Assembly (NCBI GenBank): GCA_023249095.1
Contig: JAHFDK010000008.1
Span: forward strand, 9,322 to 73,321
Length of the DNA: 64,000 nt
Reading direction: 5' to 3'
From: Candidatus Rokuibacteriota bacterium
Lineage (GTDB): Bacteria > Methylomirabilota > Methylomirabilia > Rokubacteriales > CSP1-6
Each line of letters starts with the position of its first letter. The stretch's first letter is position 1. Below are positions 1 through 10,151 of this stretch, one piece after another. Both the position numbers and the translations under genes were made by a program. Below the pieces are notes generated by a model that was given only the letters and a program-made list of their open reading frames with translations, did not search any database and had not been told where the DNA came from.

Positions 1-480
1 GACCCGCACTATCTCTCGTGGAAGGTGCGGCTCGAGGGGTACGAGCCGCGCTTCATCACGTTCGCGGACGAGATCAACCGCCGGATGCCCGCGTACGTCG
101 TGCAGATGGTCGCCGACGCGCTGAACGATCGGAGCCGCGCGCTCCGCGGCGCGCGCATCCTCGTGCTCGGCGTCGCCTACAAGGCCGGCGTCGCCGACGT
201 GCGCGACTCGCCCGCGCTCGAGATCATCGAAGGCCTTCTCGCCAAGGGTGCGGTGGTCGTGTACCACGACCCGTACGTGCCGGCGGTGACGGTCGGCGCC
301 GTCACCCTCGAATCACTTCCTTGGGACGACGCCGGGCTCGCGTCGCGCGACGTCGTGCTGATCCTCACGGCGCACGCCGGCTCCGACTGGTCGCTGATCG
401 TCCGCGAGGCACCCCTCGTGATCGACACCCGCAACGCGACCGGCGGCCTGCCACCCTCCCCCCACGTCATCCGCCTCTAG
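1..480 (+). CDS. Nucleotide-sugar dehydrogenase (UDP-glucose/GDP-mannose dehydrogenase family), C-terminal fragment; 5' end outside window
   Basis: The frame is open from base 1. The C-terminal domain matches UDPG/MGDP dehydrogenase C-domain (GVAYKAGVADVRDSPALEIIE, VYHDPYV). Confidence 0.6.
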   Translation, partial: DPHYLSWKVRLEGYEPRFITFADEINRRMPAYVVQMVADALNDRSRALRGARILVLGVAYKAGVADVRDSPALEIIEGLLAKGAVVVYHDPYVPAVTVGAVTLESLPWDDAGLASRDVVLILTAHAGSDWSLIVREAPLVIDTRNATGGLPPSPHVIRL

Positions 481-667
481 GGTGCGAGGCCGAGCGGATT
501 GAATTCGCGAACGCTTGAACCGTCGCCGGCGGGCCGCCGCGCGTCCAGATGGAGCCCAGCCGCCGAGGAGCAGCGCACGGGTGCCGCGTGGTCCAGTCGA
601 CCCCTCGGGCACCCGCCCGCCGCCCGGCGATCGCCAGAATGATTCGACCGATGCACGGTTAGCCGCG

Positions 668-1552
668 ATGGCGATGCTCACGGCGATCGTGGTCTCGATG
701 CGCCCGCGACAGTGGGTGAAGAACCTGTTCGTCCTCGCGGGGCTGGTCTTCTCGCAGCGGCTGTTCACGGGCGCCGTGTGGACGGCGCTGGCGGCGTTCG
801 CGATCTTCTGCGCGCTGTCCGGGGCCATCTACCTGTTCAACGACATCGCCGATCGAGAGCGAGACCGCCTGGATCCGCGCAAGCGCGTCCGGCCGATCGC
901 CGCCGGCCGGCTCCGCGTCGGGGTCGCCGTCGCGGCGGCGGCCGCGCTCGTCGCGGCGGGCCTCGCGCTGGCCGCGCTGCTCTCGCGCCCGTTCCTGGTC
1001 ACGGCCCTCGCGTACGTCGTCCTGCTCGTCGCCTACTCGGCCTGGCTCAAGCACGTCGTCATCGTGGACGTGCTCGTCGTCGCCGGCGGGTTCGTGCTGC
1101 GCGCCGTCGCGGGCGCGGTCGTCATCGACGTCGAGATGTCGGGCTGGCTCCTGATCTGCACGATCTTGCTCGCGCTGTTCCTGGCCCTCGGCAAGCGGCG
1201 CTACGAGTACCTGGCGCTGGACCAGGACGCGGCCCGCCACCGCCCGATCCTCGCCGAGTACAGCCCGGCGCTGCTCGATCAGATGATCGCCGTCGTGACC
1301 GCGTCCACGGTGACGGCCTACGCGCTCTACACGATGTCGCCCGAGACCGTGGCGAAGTTCCACACGCACCTGCTGCCGGCGACCCTTCCCTTCGTGCTCT
1401 ACGGGATCTTCCGGTACCTCTACTTGCTGTACCGGCGGCAGCTCGGAGGCAACCCGTCGGAGCTCCTCCTCAGCGACAAGGCGCTCCTGATCAACACGCT
1501 CGGCTGGATTTTCGCAGTGTTGCTGATCATCTACGGCGCACGGCTGGAGTAG
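668..1552 (+). CDS. UbiA-family prenyltransferase resembling decaprenyl-phosphate phosphoribosyltransferase (DPPR synthase)
   Basis: Multi-TM protein with the RQWVKNLFVLAGLVFS N-terminal motif and an Asp-rich NDIADRERD motif typical of DPPRS-like UbiA enzymes. ATG at 668/674 is preferred over the upstream M at 515, whose Arg/Pro-rich leader looks like a GC artifact. Confidence 0.55.
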   Translation: MAMLTAIVVSMRPRQWVKNLFVLAGLVFSQRLFTGAVWTALAAFAIFCALSGAIYLFNDIADRERDRLDPRKRVRPIAAGRLRVGVAVAAAAALVAAGLALAALLSRPFLVTALAYVVLLVAYSAWLKHVVIVDVLVVAGGFVLRAVAGAVVIDVEMSGWLLICTILLALFLALGKRRYEYLALDQDAARHRPILAEYSPALLDQMIAVVTASTVTAYALYTMSPETVAKFHTHLLPATLPFVLYGIFRYLYLLYRRQLGGNPSELLLSDKALLINTLGWIFAVLLIIYGARLE

Positions 1553-1565
1553 AATAAACAGCGTC

Positions 1566-2642
1566 ATGCATAGTGCGGTGGCGCTCCTTCGTACGCACCC
1601 GGAGACCGTCGTCGAGGACTACGGGCGCCTGATGCGTCTGGTGAAGTACGACCAGGGGCTCCGCCGCGACCAGGACCTGATCCTCAAGCTCAATCTCTCG
1701 TGGACCAAGTACTTTCCGGCGTGCTCAAGCCAGCCCTGGCAGGTCGACGGCGTGCTGACGACGCTGCTCGAAGACGGCTACGACCGCCGGCGGCTCTTTC
1801 CCGTCGAGAACAAGACCGTGGTCACGGACCCGATCGCCGGATGCCGGAACAACAAGTGGCGTCCGGTGCTCGAGCGTCACGGCGTGCCGTTCATCCCGCT
1901 GCCTGGCGTCGAGTGGACCGTCTATAAGTTCCAGTCGCCGCTGCTCAAGCTGAACGCGATCTTCCCCGAGGGCATCGAGATCCCGAAGATGTACGTCGGG
2001 AAAAACGTGCTCCACCTTCCCACCTGCAAGGTCCACGGACATTCCCGCACGACCGGCGCGATCAAAAACGCGTTCGGTGGCCTGTTAAAGGAAGTGCGCC
2101 ACTACGCGCACGAGTTCATCCACGAGGTGATGGTCGACCTCATGTACATGCAGCGGGAGCTGCACCCCGCGGTGTTCGCCGTGATGGATGGCACGGTGAT
2201 GGGCGACGGTGCGGGGCCACGAACAATGGTGCCGCGTCTCGGGAACCTCATCCTGGCTTCGGCGGATCAAGTGGCGATCGACGCGATCGCGGCGCGGATC
2301 ATGGGGTTCGATCCCCTGGCGATCCCGTATCTCCGGATGTGCCAGGAGCGTGGGCTCGGCGTGGCGGACCCGAAGCGGATCGAGATCGTCGGCGACACGG
2401 ACGCGGCGTCGATCTCGATGGGCTTCAAGACGAGGCGTAGCCTCGTGATCTGGGGCGATCAGCTGATCCGGCGCGGGCCGCTGCGGCCGCTCAAGCGGCT
2501 CTTGCTCCACTCGCCCCTGGTGGTCTGGGCCCCGTTCGCCTCGAACGTCTACCACGACCTCCTCTGGTATCCGACGATCGGCCGGGCGCGCATCCGGACC
2601 TTCGCGCGCACCCCCTGGGGCCGGCTGTTCGAGACGTACTGA
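1566..2642 (+). CDS. DUF362 domain-containing protein
   Basis: 358 aa with good codon periodicity and a tight fit between neighbouring genes. Sequence pattern (MDGTVMGDGAGP, AIDAIAARIMGFDP) recalled as DUF362; function unknown. Confidence 0.45.
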   Translation: MHSAVALLRTHPETVVEDYGRLMRLVKYDQGLRRDQDLILKLNLSWTKYFPACSSQPWQVDGVLTTLLEDGYDRRRLFPVENKTVVTDPIAGCRNNKWRPVLERHGVPFIPLPGVEWTVYKFQSPLLKLNAIFPEGIEIPKMYVGKNVLHLPTCKVHGHSRTTGAIKNAFGGLLKEVRHYAHEFIHEVMVDLMYMQRELHPAVFAVMDGTVMGDGAGPRTMVPRLGNLILASADQVAIDAIAARIMGFDPLAIPYLRMCQERGLGVADPKRIEIVGDTDAASISMGFKTRRSLVIWGDQLIRRGPLRPLKRLLLHSPLVVWAPFASNVYHDLLWYPTIGRARIRTFARTPWGRLFETY

Positions 2643-2643
2643 G

Positions 2644-4056
2644 ATGGCCTCGCCGGTCCGCGTACGATTCGCGCCGAGCCCGACCGGCCACCTCCACGTC
2701 GGCGGCGCGCGCACCGCGCTCTTCAACTGGCTGTTTGCCCGCCACCACCGCGGCGCCTTTGTCCTCCGCATCGAGGACACGGACCGCTCGCGCTCGACCG
2801 ACGAGAACATCGTCGCGATCGTCGACGCACTCCAGTGGCTCGGTCTCGACTGGGACGAGGGGCCGCCGACGCCGGGCTATCGTCAGACCGAGCGGTTCGC
2901 GATCTACCGCGAGCACGCCCAGCGGCTCCTCGCCTCCGGACGGGCCTACTACTGCGACTGCCCGCCCGAGCTTCTCGATCGCGAGCGGGGGGTCGCCCAG
3001 CAGCGGGGCGAGACGTTCCGGTATTCCGGACGCTGTCGCGACCGGGGCCTCGGTGCCGGCGCGCTACGCCTCCGGATTCCCACCGCGGGCGCCACGGTGG
3101 TGAACGATCTCATCCACGGGCCGGTCACGTTCGAGCACAGCCAGCTCGACGACTGGATCCTTGTCCGCACGGACGGAACGCCCACGTACAACTTCTGCGT
3201 CGTCGTCGACGACGTCACGATGAGCATCACCCACGTCATTCGCGGCGACGACCATCTGTCGAACACTCCCAAGCAGATCCTCTGTTACGAAGCGCTCGAC
3301 TACGCCGTCCCCGAGTTCGCCCACGTGTCGCTGATCCTGGGCAAGGATCGAAGCCGCCTCTCGAAGCGTCACGGCGCCACGTCCGTCCAGGCCTTCCGCG
3401 ATTCGGGCATCCCCGCCGACGCGCTGGTGAACTACCTGGCGCGGCTCGGCTGGTCGCACGGCGACCAGGAGGTGTTCTCCCGCGCCGAGCTCGTCGAGCT
3501 CTTCGACATCAAGAACGTCGCCTCGTCCGGCGCGGTCTTCGACGCGACCAAGCTCGAGTGGCTCTCGCAACTCTATCTGAAGACGATGGACGGTGCGCGG
3601 CTGGCGGAGCTGGCCGAGCCGTTCGTCAGGGCGGTTGGACTCACGCCGCCACCCGATCGCCCCCGGTTCATCGCGATGCTCGACACGCTTCGGGAGCGTG
3701 CGAAGACCCTGGTCGAGCTGGTCGAGCAGGGGCGGTTCTACTTCGAGCGCCCCGCGGCGTACGAGGCGAAAGCCGCGCAGACGCTCCTGACGGTCGAGGG
3801 CGCTCGGCGCCTCGGACTCGTGATCGCGCGGCTCGAGGGGGCGCCCGAGTTCACGGTGGCGGCGATCGAGCGCGTCTTCCGGGCGCTCACCGAGGAGCTC
3901 GGGCTCAAGCTCGTCGACCTCGCGCAGCTCGCGCGCCTCGCGGCGACCGGCCGCACGGCGTCGCCGCCCATCTTCGACGTGCTGGCCCTGGTCGGGCGCG
4001 AGGAGTCGCTGGTGCGCCTGCGCCGCGCGCGCGAGGCCGCGGAGCGGACGGCGTGA
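2644..4056 (+). CDS. gltX: Glutamate--tRNA ligase
   Basis: RFAPSPTGHLHVGGARTALFNW...LRIEDTD class-I HIGH region, colinear with GluRS along its length. Confidence 0.9.
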   Translation: MASPVRVRFAPSPTGHLHVGGARTALFNWLFARHHRGAFVLRIEDTDRSRSTDENIVAIVDALQWLGLDWDEGPPTPGYRQTERFAIYREHAQRLLASGRAYYCDCPPELLDRERGVAQQRGETFRYSGRCRDRGLGAGALRLRIPTAGATVVNDLIHGPVTFEHSQLDDWILVRTDGTPTYNFCVVVDDVTMSITHVIRGDDHLSNTPKQILCYEALDYAVPEFAHVSLILGKDRSRLSKRHGATSVQAFRDSGIPADALVNYLARLGWSHGDQEVFSRAELVELFDIKNVASSGAVFDATKLEWLSQLYLKTMDGARLAELAEPFVRAVGLTPPPDRPRFIAMLDTLRERAKTLVELVEQGRFYFERPAAYEAKAAQTLLTVEGARRLGLVIARLEGAPEFTVAAIERVFRALTEELGLKLVDLAQLARLAATGRTASPPIFDVLALVGREESLVRLRRAREAAERTA

Positions 4057-4840
4057 GGCTCCTGCTCGCGCGCCACGGGCAGTCGGTGTGGAACCAGGTG
4101 CGGAAGTTCCAGGGCACCAACGACGTCGGCCTCTCCGACCTCGGGCGCGCGCAGGCCGAGGCGCTCGGGCGTGCCCTCCGCGGCGGCTATCGCGTCGCGG
4201 CCGCGTACGTGAGCCCGATGCGCCGGGCCATGGACACGGCGGAGATCGCGCTGGCCGGGACCGGGATCCCGCTGGTGCCCATCCCCGAGCTGCGCGAGCT
4301 GTCACTCGGCGAATGGGAGGGCTGCACGGTCGACGAGATCCGAGCGCGCGAGGGCAATCCGTACCTCGCATGGGTCCGGTCACCGCTGGATTGCCCGCCG
4401 CCCGGCGGCGAGCCGCTGCCGGACGTCTGCGCCCGCGTTCTGCACGCGATCGGACGGATCGGCGCGGACCATCGAAACGGGGATGATGTCCTCGTCGTCG
4501 CGCATGGCGGGGTGATCAGCGTGTATCTCTGCCACTTGCTCGGCGTCTCGTTCAACGCGCTCTGGCGAATGCGGATCGACAACGCCTCGCTGACGATCGC
4601 CCGGCCGCCGCGCCTGGTGTCGGTCAACGACACGACGCACTTACCGCCTACGCCTCGCACCATGTGGTTTGACGTCTCGGGGGCCGGGGGCGGCCCGGGG
4701 GGTGCGTCCCCCTCGACCCGTGTCGTCAGGACTGACCCGATCACCGCGCGTCCGACACAGACGCCGCCGGTTGCAGCTGGCGTGGTCGAGGGGGACGCAC
4801 CCCCCGGGCCGCCCCCGGCCCCCGAGACGGAGAGAGTTCC

Positions 4841-4844
<4 letters not shown>
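4053..4844 (+). CDS. Histidine phosphatase family protein (phosphoglycerate-mutase-like), with a C-terminal extension read through a foldback element
   Basis: GTG start at 4053 overlaps the gltX stop (GTGA). It carries the RHG catalytic motif (LLLARHGQSVWN) and the downstream H of the family. The conserved domain ends near 4650, but the frame stays open through the palindromic element to TGA at 4842-4844. Confidence 0.65.
4674..4828. repeat. Foldback element copy A: perfect 45-bp inverted arms (4674-4718 / 4784-4828) around a 65-nt core
   Basis: Right arm is the exact reverse complement of the left arm (gtctcgggggccgggggcggcccggggggtgcgtccccctcgacc). The core's reverse complement has termini resembling those of copies B and C. 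Confidence 0.8.
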
Positions 4845-6788
<1,944 letters not shown>

Positions 6789-6994
6789 ACGCTGACACCG
6801 TCCGGCTCCTGACCGCCAGCGATCGCGGCGCGGCGGCCCGGCTCCGGCGGACGCTGCGGCAGCTCGGGTTCGCGGATCCGGGCGGGGCGGCGGCCAACCT
6901 CGAGAGCCTCACGCCGACGCCGCGCGACGCCGAGCTCCTGGCGCCGGCTTTTCCACGCCTCCTGGCCGAGCTCGCGGGGGCGCCGGACCCCGAC

Positions 6995-9934
6995 ATGGCG
7001 CTCAACAACCTCGAGCGCTACGCGGCCGCCGTCGACCGGTCAGTATTCTTCCGCACGCTCGCCGAGCATCCCGGTGCAGTACCGCTGCTGGCGCGCCTGG
7101 GCGGCTCGAGCCAGGTGCTCGCCGACGTCTTGCGCCGGCGCCCCAGCAGCCTCGCGTGGCTGCTCGAGCCCGCGACGATGCGGCTCTGGTTCGCCGAGGA
7201 CCTGGCGGCCGACCTGGCGCAGACGCTCGGCCCGTTCGAGGCGCGGGAAGCGCGGATGAACGCGCTGCGGCGTTTCAAATACCGCCATCTCCTGCGCATC
7301 GGCGCGCGCGATCTCCTGGGCGACGCCGACCTCTCGGGGACGACCGAGGAGCTGTCGCATCTGGCCGACGCGTGCATCGGGCAGGCGCTGCGCGAGGCCG
7401 CGGCGACCGTGTCCCAGGCGTACGGGGCCCCGCTCGGCGCCGACGGATCCGAGACCGGGCTCGCGGTCATCGCCATGGGCAAGCTCGGCGGCGACGAGCT
7501 CAACTACTCGTCCGACATCGATCTGATGTTCGTCTACGGGGCCGACGGCGAAACGACGGGCGGAGGTGCCGGCGGCCGCCTGGCCAACGGCGAGTATTTC
7601 GCGCGCCTCTGCCGCGAGCTCGTCGGCTTGCTCGAAGAGATCACCGACGAAGGCTCTGCCTTCCGCGTCGATCTGCGGCTCCGACCCGAGGGGCGCATGG
7701 GGGGGATCGTCCTGTCGCTCGACGGGTACCGCGAGTACTATCGGGATCGCGCCGAGCTGTGGGAGCGCCAGGCCCTCATCAAGGCGCGCATCGCCGCCGG
7801 TGACGCGGCCGTCGGCGCTCGCTTCCGGGAGCTCGGGTGCCGGACCGTCTATCGTCCCGGACTCGACGCGCGCATCGTCCCGGCCATCCGCGCGATGAAG
7901 GCGCAGATCGACAGTGCCGTGCGCGCCAAGGGTAACGAGGCGACCAACGTCAAGCTCGGGCGAGGTGGGATCCGCGAGATCGAGTTCATCGTCCAGGCGC
8001 TCCAACTCCTGTACGGCGGCGACGACCCGTGGTTGCGCGAGGCGAACACGCTGAAGGCGATCTTCCGGCTCACCGAGCGCGGGTACCTGGCGCCCGACCT
8101 CGGCCGGCGGCTCTCCCGGGCCTACGAGCATCTCAGAACGGTCGAGCACCGGCTGCAGATCCTGCACGAGTTCCAGACCCACACGCTTCCCAAGGACGGG
8201 CTGGAGCTCGGGCGCGTCGCCCGGCGCGTCGGCATCCAGGCGCCGCCGGCGCGCGCGGCGCGGGAGTTCCAGGCGCGCCACCGGACGGTCACGACGTCGG
8301 TGCACCGCGCCTTCCGGGAGTTCTTCGCGGTCCGCGAGCTCGCGCCGCGCCGCCGACCGCGCCTGACGAGCCTGACGGCGCTGCGAGCGACCGGGTTCAA
8401 GGATCCCGAGCGCGCGCGGCACAACTTGCAGCTGATCCTGGAGGGCCGCCCACTGGTGCCGTACGCGGCGCACCTCTCCGCCACGCTCGCGCGCCTCTAT
8501 CCGATGCTCCTCGACGCGCTCTGGAAGAGCCCCGATCCGGATGAGGCGCTGAATCAATTCGAGCGGCTCCTGGCGGCAGCCGGACCGCGAGCCGGACTCG
8601 TGGAGCTTCTGGTCAAGGATCCGGATCTCCTGCTCGGGCTCGTCAAGGTCTGCGCCGGGGGCGATCTCCTCACCGAGCTCCTGATCGCCCAGCCCGAGCT
8701 GCTCGCGTCGCTGGCCAATCCCGAGCGGCTCCTGGCCCGAAAGTCCAAGGCAGGCCTGCGCCAGGCGCTGGCCTCCGTCTTCGTTCCCGGGACGACACCG
8801 GTCGAGCGCCGCGATCGGCTACGCCGCGTGAAGCAGGCCGAGGAGCTGGCCATCGTCTGGCGCTACGTCCTCGGGGTCACCACCATCGACGGGTATTCAC
8901 GCGAGATGACCGCGCTGGCGGAGACGACCCTCGCGACCGGCTGGCTCCTGGTCCAGGAGCCGCTCGTCGAGCGCTACGGCGTGCCGCGCGACGCGTCCGG
9001 GCGATTCATCCCCGCGGTCATCGTGGGGCTCGGCAAGCTGGGCGGCCGCGAGCTCGTCACCGGCTCCGACCTCGACCTGTTCGTCGTCTTCGGTGAGGAC
9101 GGCACGACCGACGGCGCCGAGCGGGTCGACGCCCATTGGTTCTACAGCCTGGCGGCCGAGCGGCTGGCCGGCGCGCTCGGCGACATCACGTCGGCGGGTG
9201 TCGCCTTCCCGGTGGACCTGCGGCTACGGCCCGGCAGCAAGGGGAGCGGCTTCGCCTCGAGCGTCGCCGCGCTCGAGCGTTACTATCTGGAGCATGGCGA
9301 CCTGTGGGAGCGCCAGACGTTGACGCGCGCCCGGGTGATCCTCGGGGACCGCGCCCTCACCAGGCGCGTGCGCCCGGCGCTGCGCCGGCTCGTCTACGGC
9401 GAAGCGCTTCCGCGCCCGGCGCTCAAGGAGATCACGGAGGTGCGCACGCGGATGGAACGCGAGCTCGGACGGGAGACCCGCGGGCGCGTCCACGTGAAGT
9501 ACGGACGCGGCGGCCTCGTGGACGTGGAGTTCCTCGTCCAGGCGCTCCAGCTCGTCCACGGTCACCGCCACCCCGACGTGCGGCGGTTCACGACGGCGGC
9601 GGCGCTCAAGGGCCTCTCGCGCGCCGGTGCCCTCGAGGCGGTCGCGGCGTCAGAGCTCCTCGAGCGCTACCGCTTCCTCCGGCGCGTGTCCGCTGCGCTC
9701 CGGCTCCTCGGCGCGCGTCCGTCAGACACCCTCGAGCTGGCCGGTCCCATGCCCGCGCGCGTGGCGACCGCTCTCGGCTACGAGTCGCGGCAAGCGTTCC
9801 TCGAGGCCTACCGCGAGCACACGACCGCCGTGCGCGCCGTCTACGAACGAAGCCTCGGGCCGACCGCCGACCGGAGCCCCAGGTTGGCCGCCGACCGGAG
9901 CCCCGGGTTGACTACCGACGGAGCCCCGGGTTGA
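6995..9934 (+). CDS. glnE: Bifunctional glutamine synthetase adenylyltransferase/adenylyl-removing enzyme
   Basis: 979 aa from the first ATG with two GlnE nucleotidyltransferase domains (GKLGGDELNYSSDIDL, GKLGGRELVTGSDLDL). The same frame is open and GlnE-like back to about 6791 directly after glnB but contains no ATG/GTG/TTG, so the true start is unresolved. Confidence 0.8.
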   Translation: MALNNLERYAAAVDRSVFFRTLAEHPGAVPLLARLGGSSQVLADVLRRRPSSLAWLLEPATMRLWFAEDLAADLAQTLGPFEAREARMNALRRFKYRHLLRIGARDLLGDADLSGTTEELSHLADACIGQALREAAATVSQAYGAPLGADGSETGLAVIAMGKLGGDELNYSSDIDLMFVYGADGETTGGGAGGRLANGEYFARLCRELVGLLEEITDEGSAFRVDLRLRPEGRMGGIVLSLDGYREYYRDRAELWERQALIKARIAAGDAAVGARFRELGCRTVYRPGLDARIVPAIRAMKAQIDSAVRAKGNEATNVKLGRGGIREIEFIVQALQLLYGGDDPWLREANTLKAIFRLTERGYLAPDLGRRLSRAYEHLRTVEHRLQILHEFQTHTLPKDGLELGRVARRVGIQAPPARAAREFQARHRTVTTSVHRAFREFFAVRELAPRRRPRLTSLTALRATGFKDPERARHNLQLILEGRPLVPYAAHLSATLARLYPMLLDALWKSPDPDEALNQFERLLAAAGPRAGLVELLVKDPDLLLGLVKVCAGGDLLTELLIAQPELLASLANPERLLARKSKAGLRQALASVFVPGTTPVERRDRLRRVKQAEELAIVWRYVLGVTTIDGYSREMTALAETTLATGWLLVQEPLVERYGVPRDASGRFIPAVIVGLGKLGGRELVTGSDLDLFVVFGEDGTTDGAERVDAHWFYSLAAERLAGALGDITSAGVAFPVDLRLRPGSKGSGFASSVAALERYYLEHGDLWERQTLTRARVILGDRALTRRVRPALRRLVYGEALPRPALKEITEVRTRMERELGRETRGRVHVKYGRGGLVDVEFLVQALQLVHGHRHPDVRRFTTAAALKGLSRAGALEAVAASELLERYRFLRRVSAALRLLGARPSDTLELAGPMPARVATALGYESRQAFLEAYREHTTAVRAVYERSLGPTADRSPRLAADRSPGLTTDGAPG

Positions 9935-10104
9935 CTGCCGATCGAAGCCGGGGATCCACCGCCGACAGGCGCCCCGGGCCGACTGCGGCCCGGAGCCCCG
10001 GGTGGACCGCCGACCGGAACCCCAGACCGACCGCCGATCGGAGCCCCGGGTCGCCTGCGGATCGGAGCCCCGGGTCGCCTGCGGACCGGAGCCGGGCCGC
10101 GCCT
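9866..10104. repeat. Tandem array of ten degenerate 24-bp units (consensus gccgaccggagccccgggttgact)
   Basis: Direct repeats with a 24-nt period (one 23-nt unit). They span the last 23 codons of glnE (ADRSPRLAADRSPGLTTDGAPG) and the glnE-polA spacer. Confidence 0.85.
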
Positions 10105-10151
10105 ATCTCAGGCCACCCTCGGTCCGATCCGGGCTCAAGGACCCCGCTCCA

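Noticed and set aside
9866-10104. Possible CRISPR array (regularly spaced repeats)
   Set aside because: Units are contiguous with no unique spacers and are degenerate. This is a minisatellite rather than a CRISPR.
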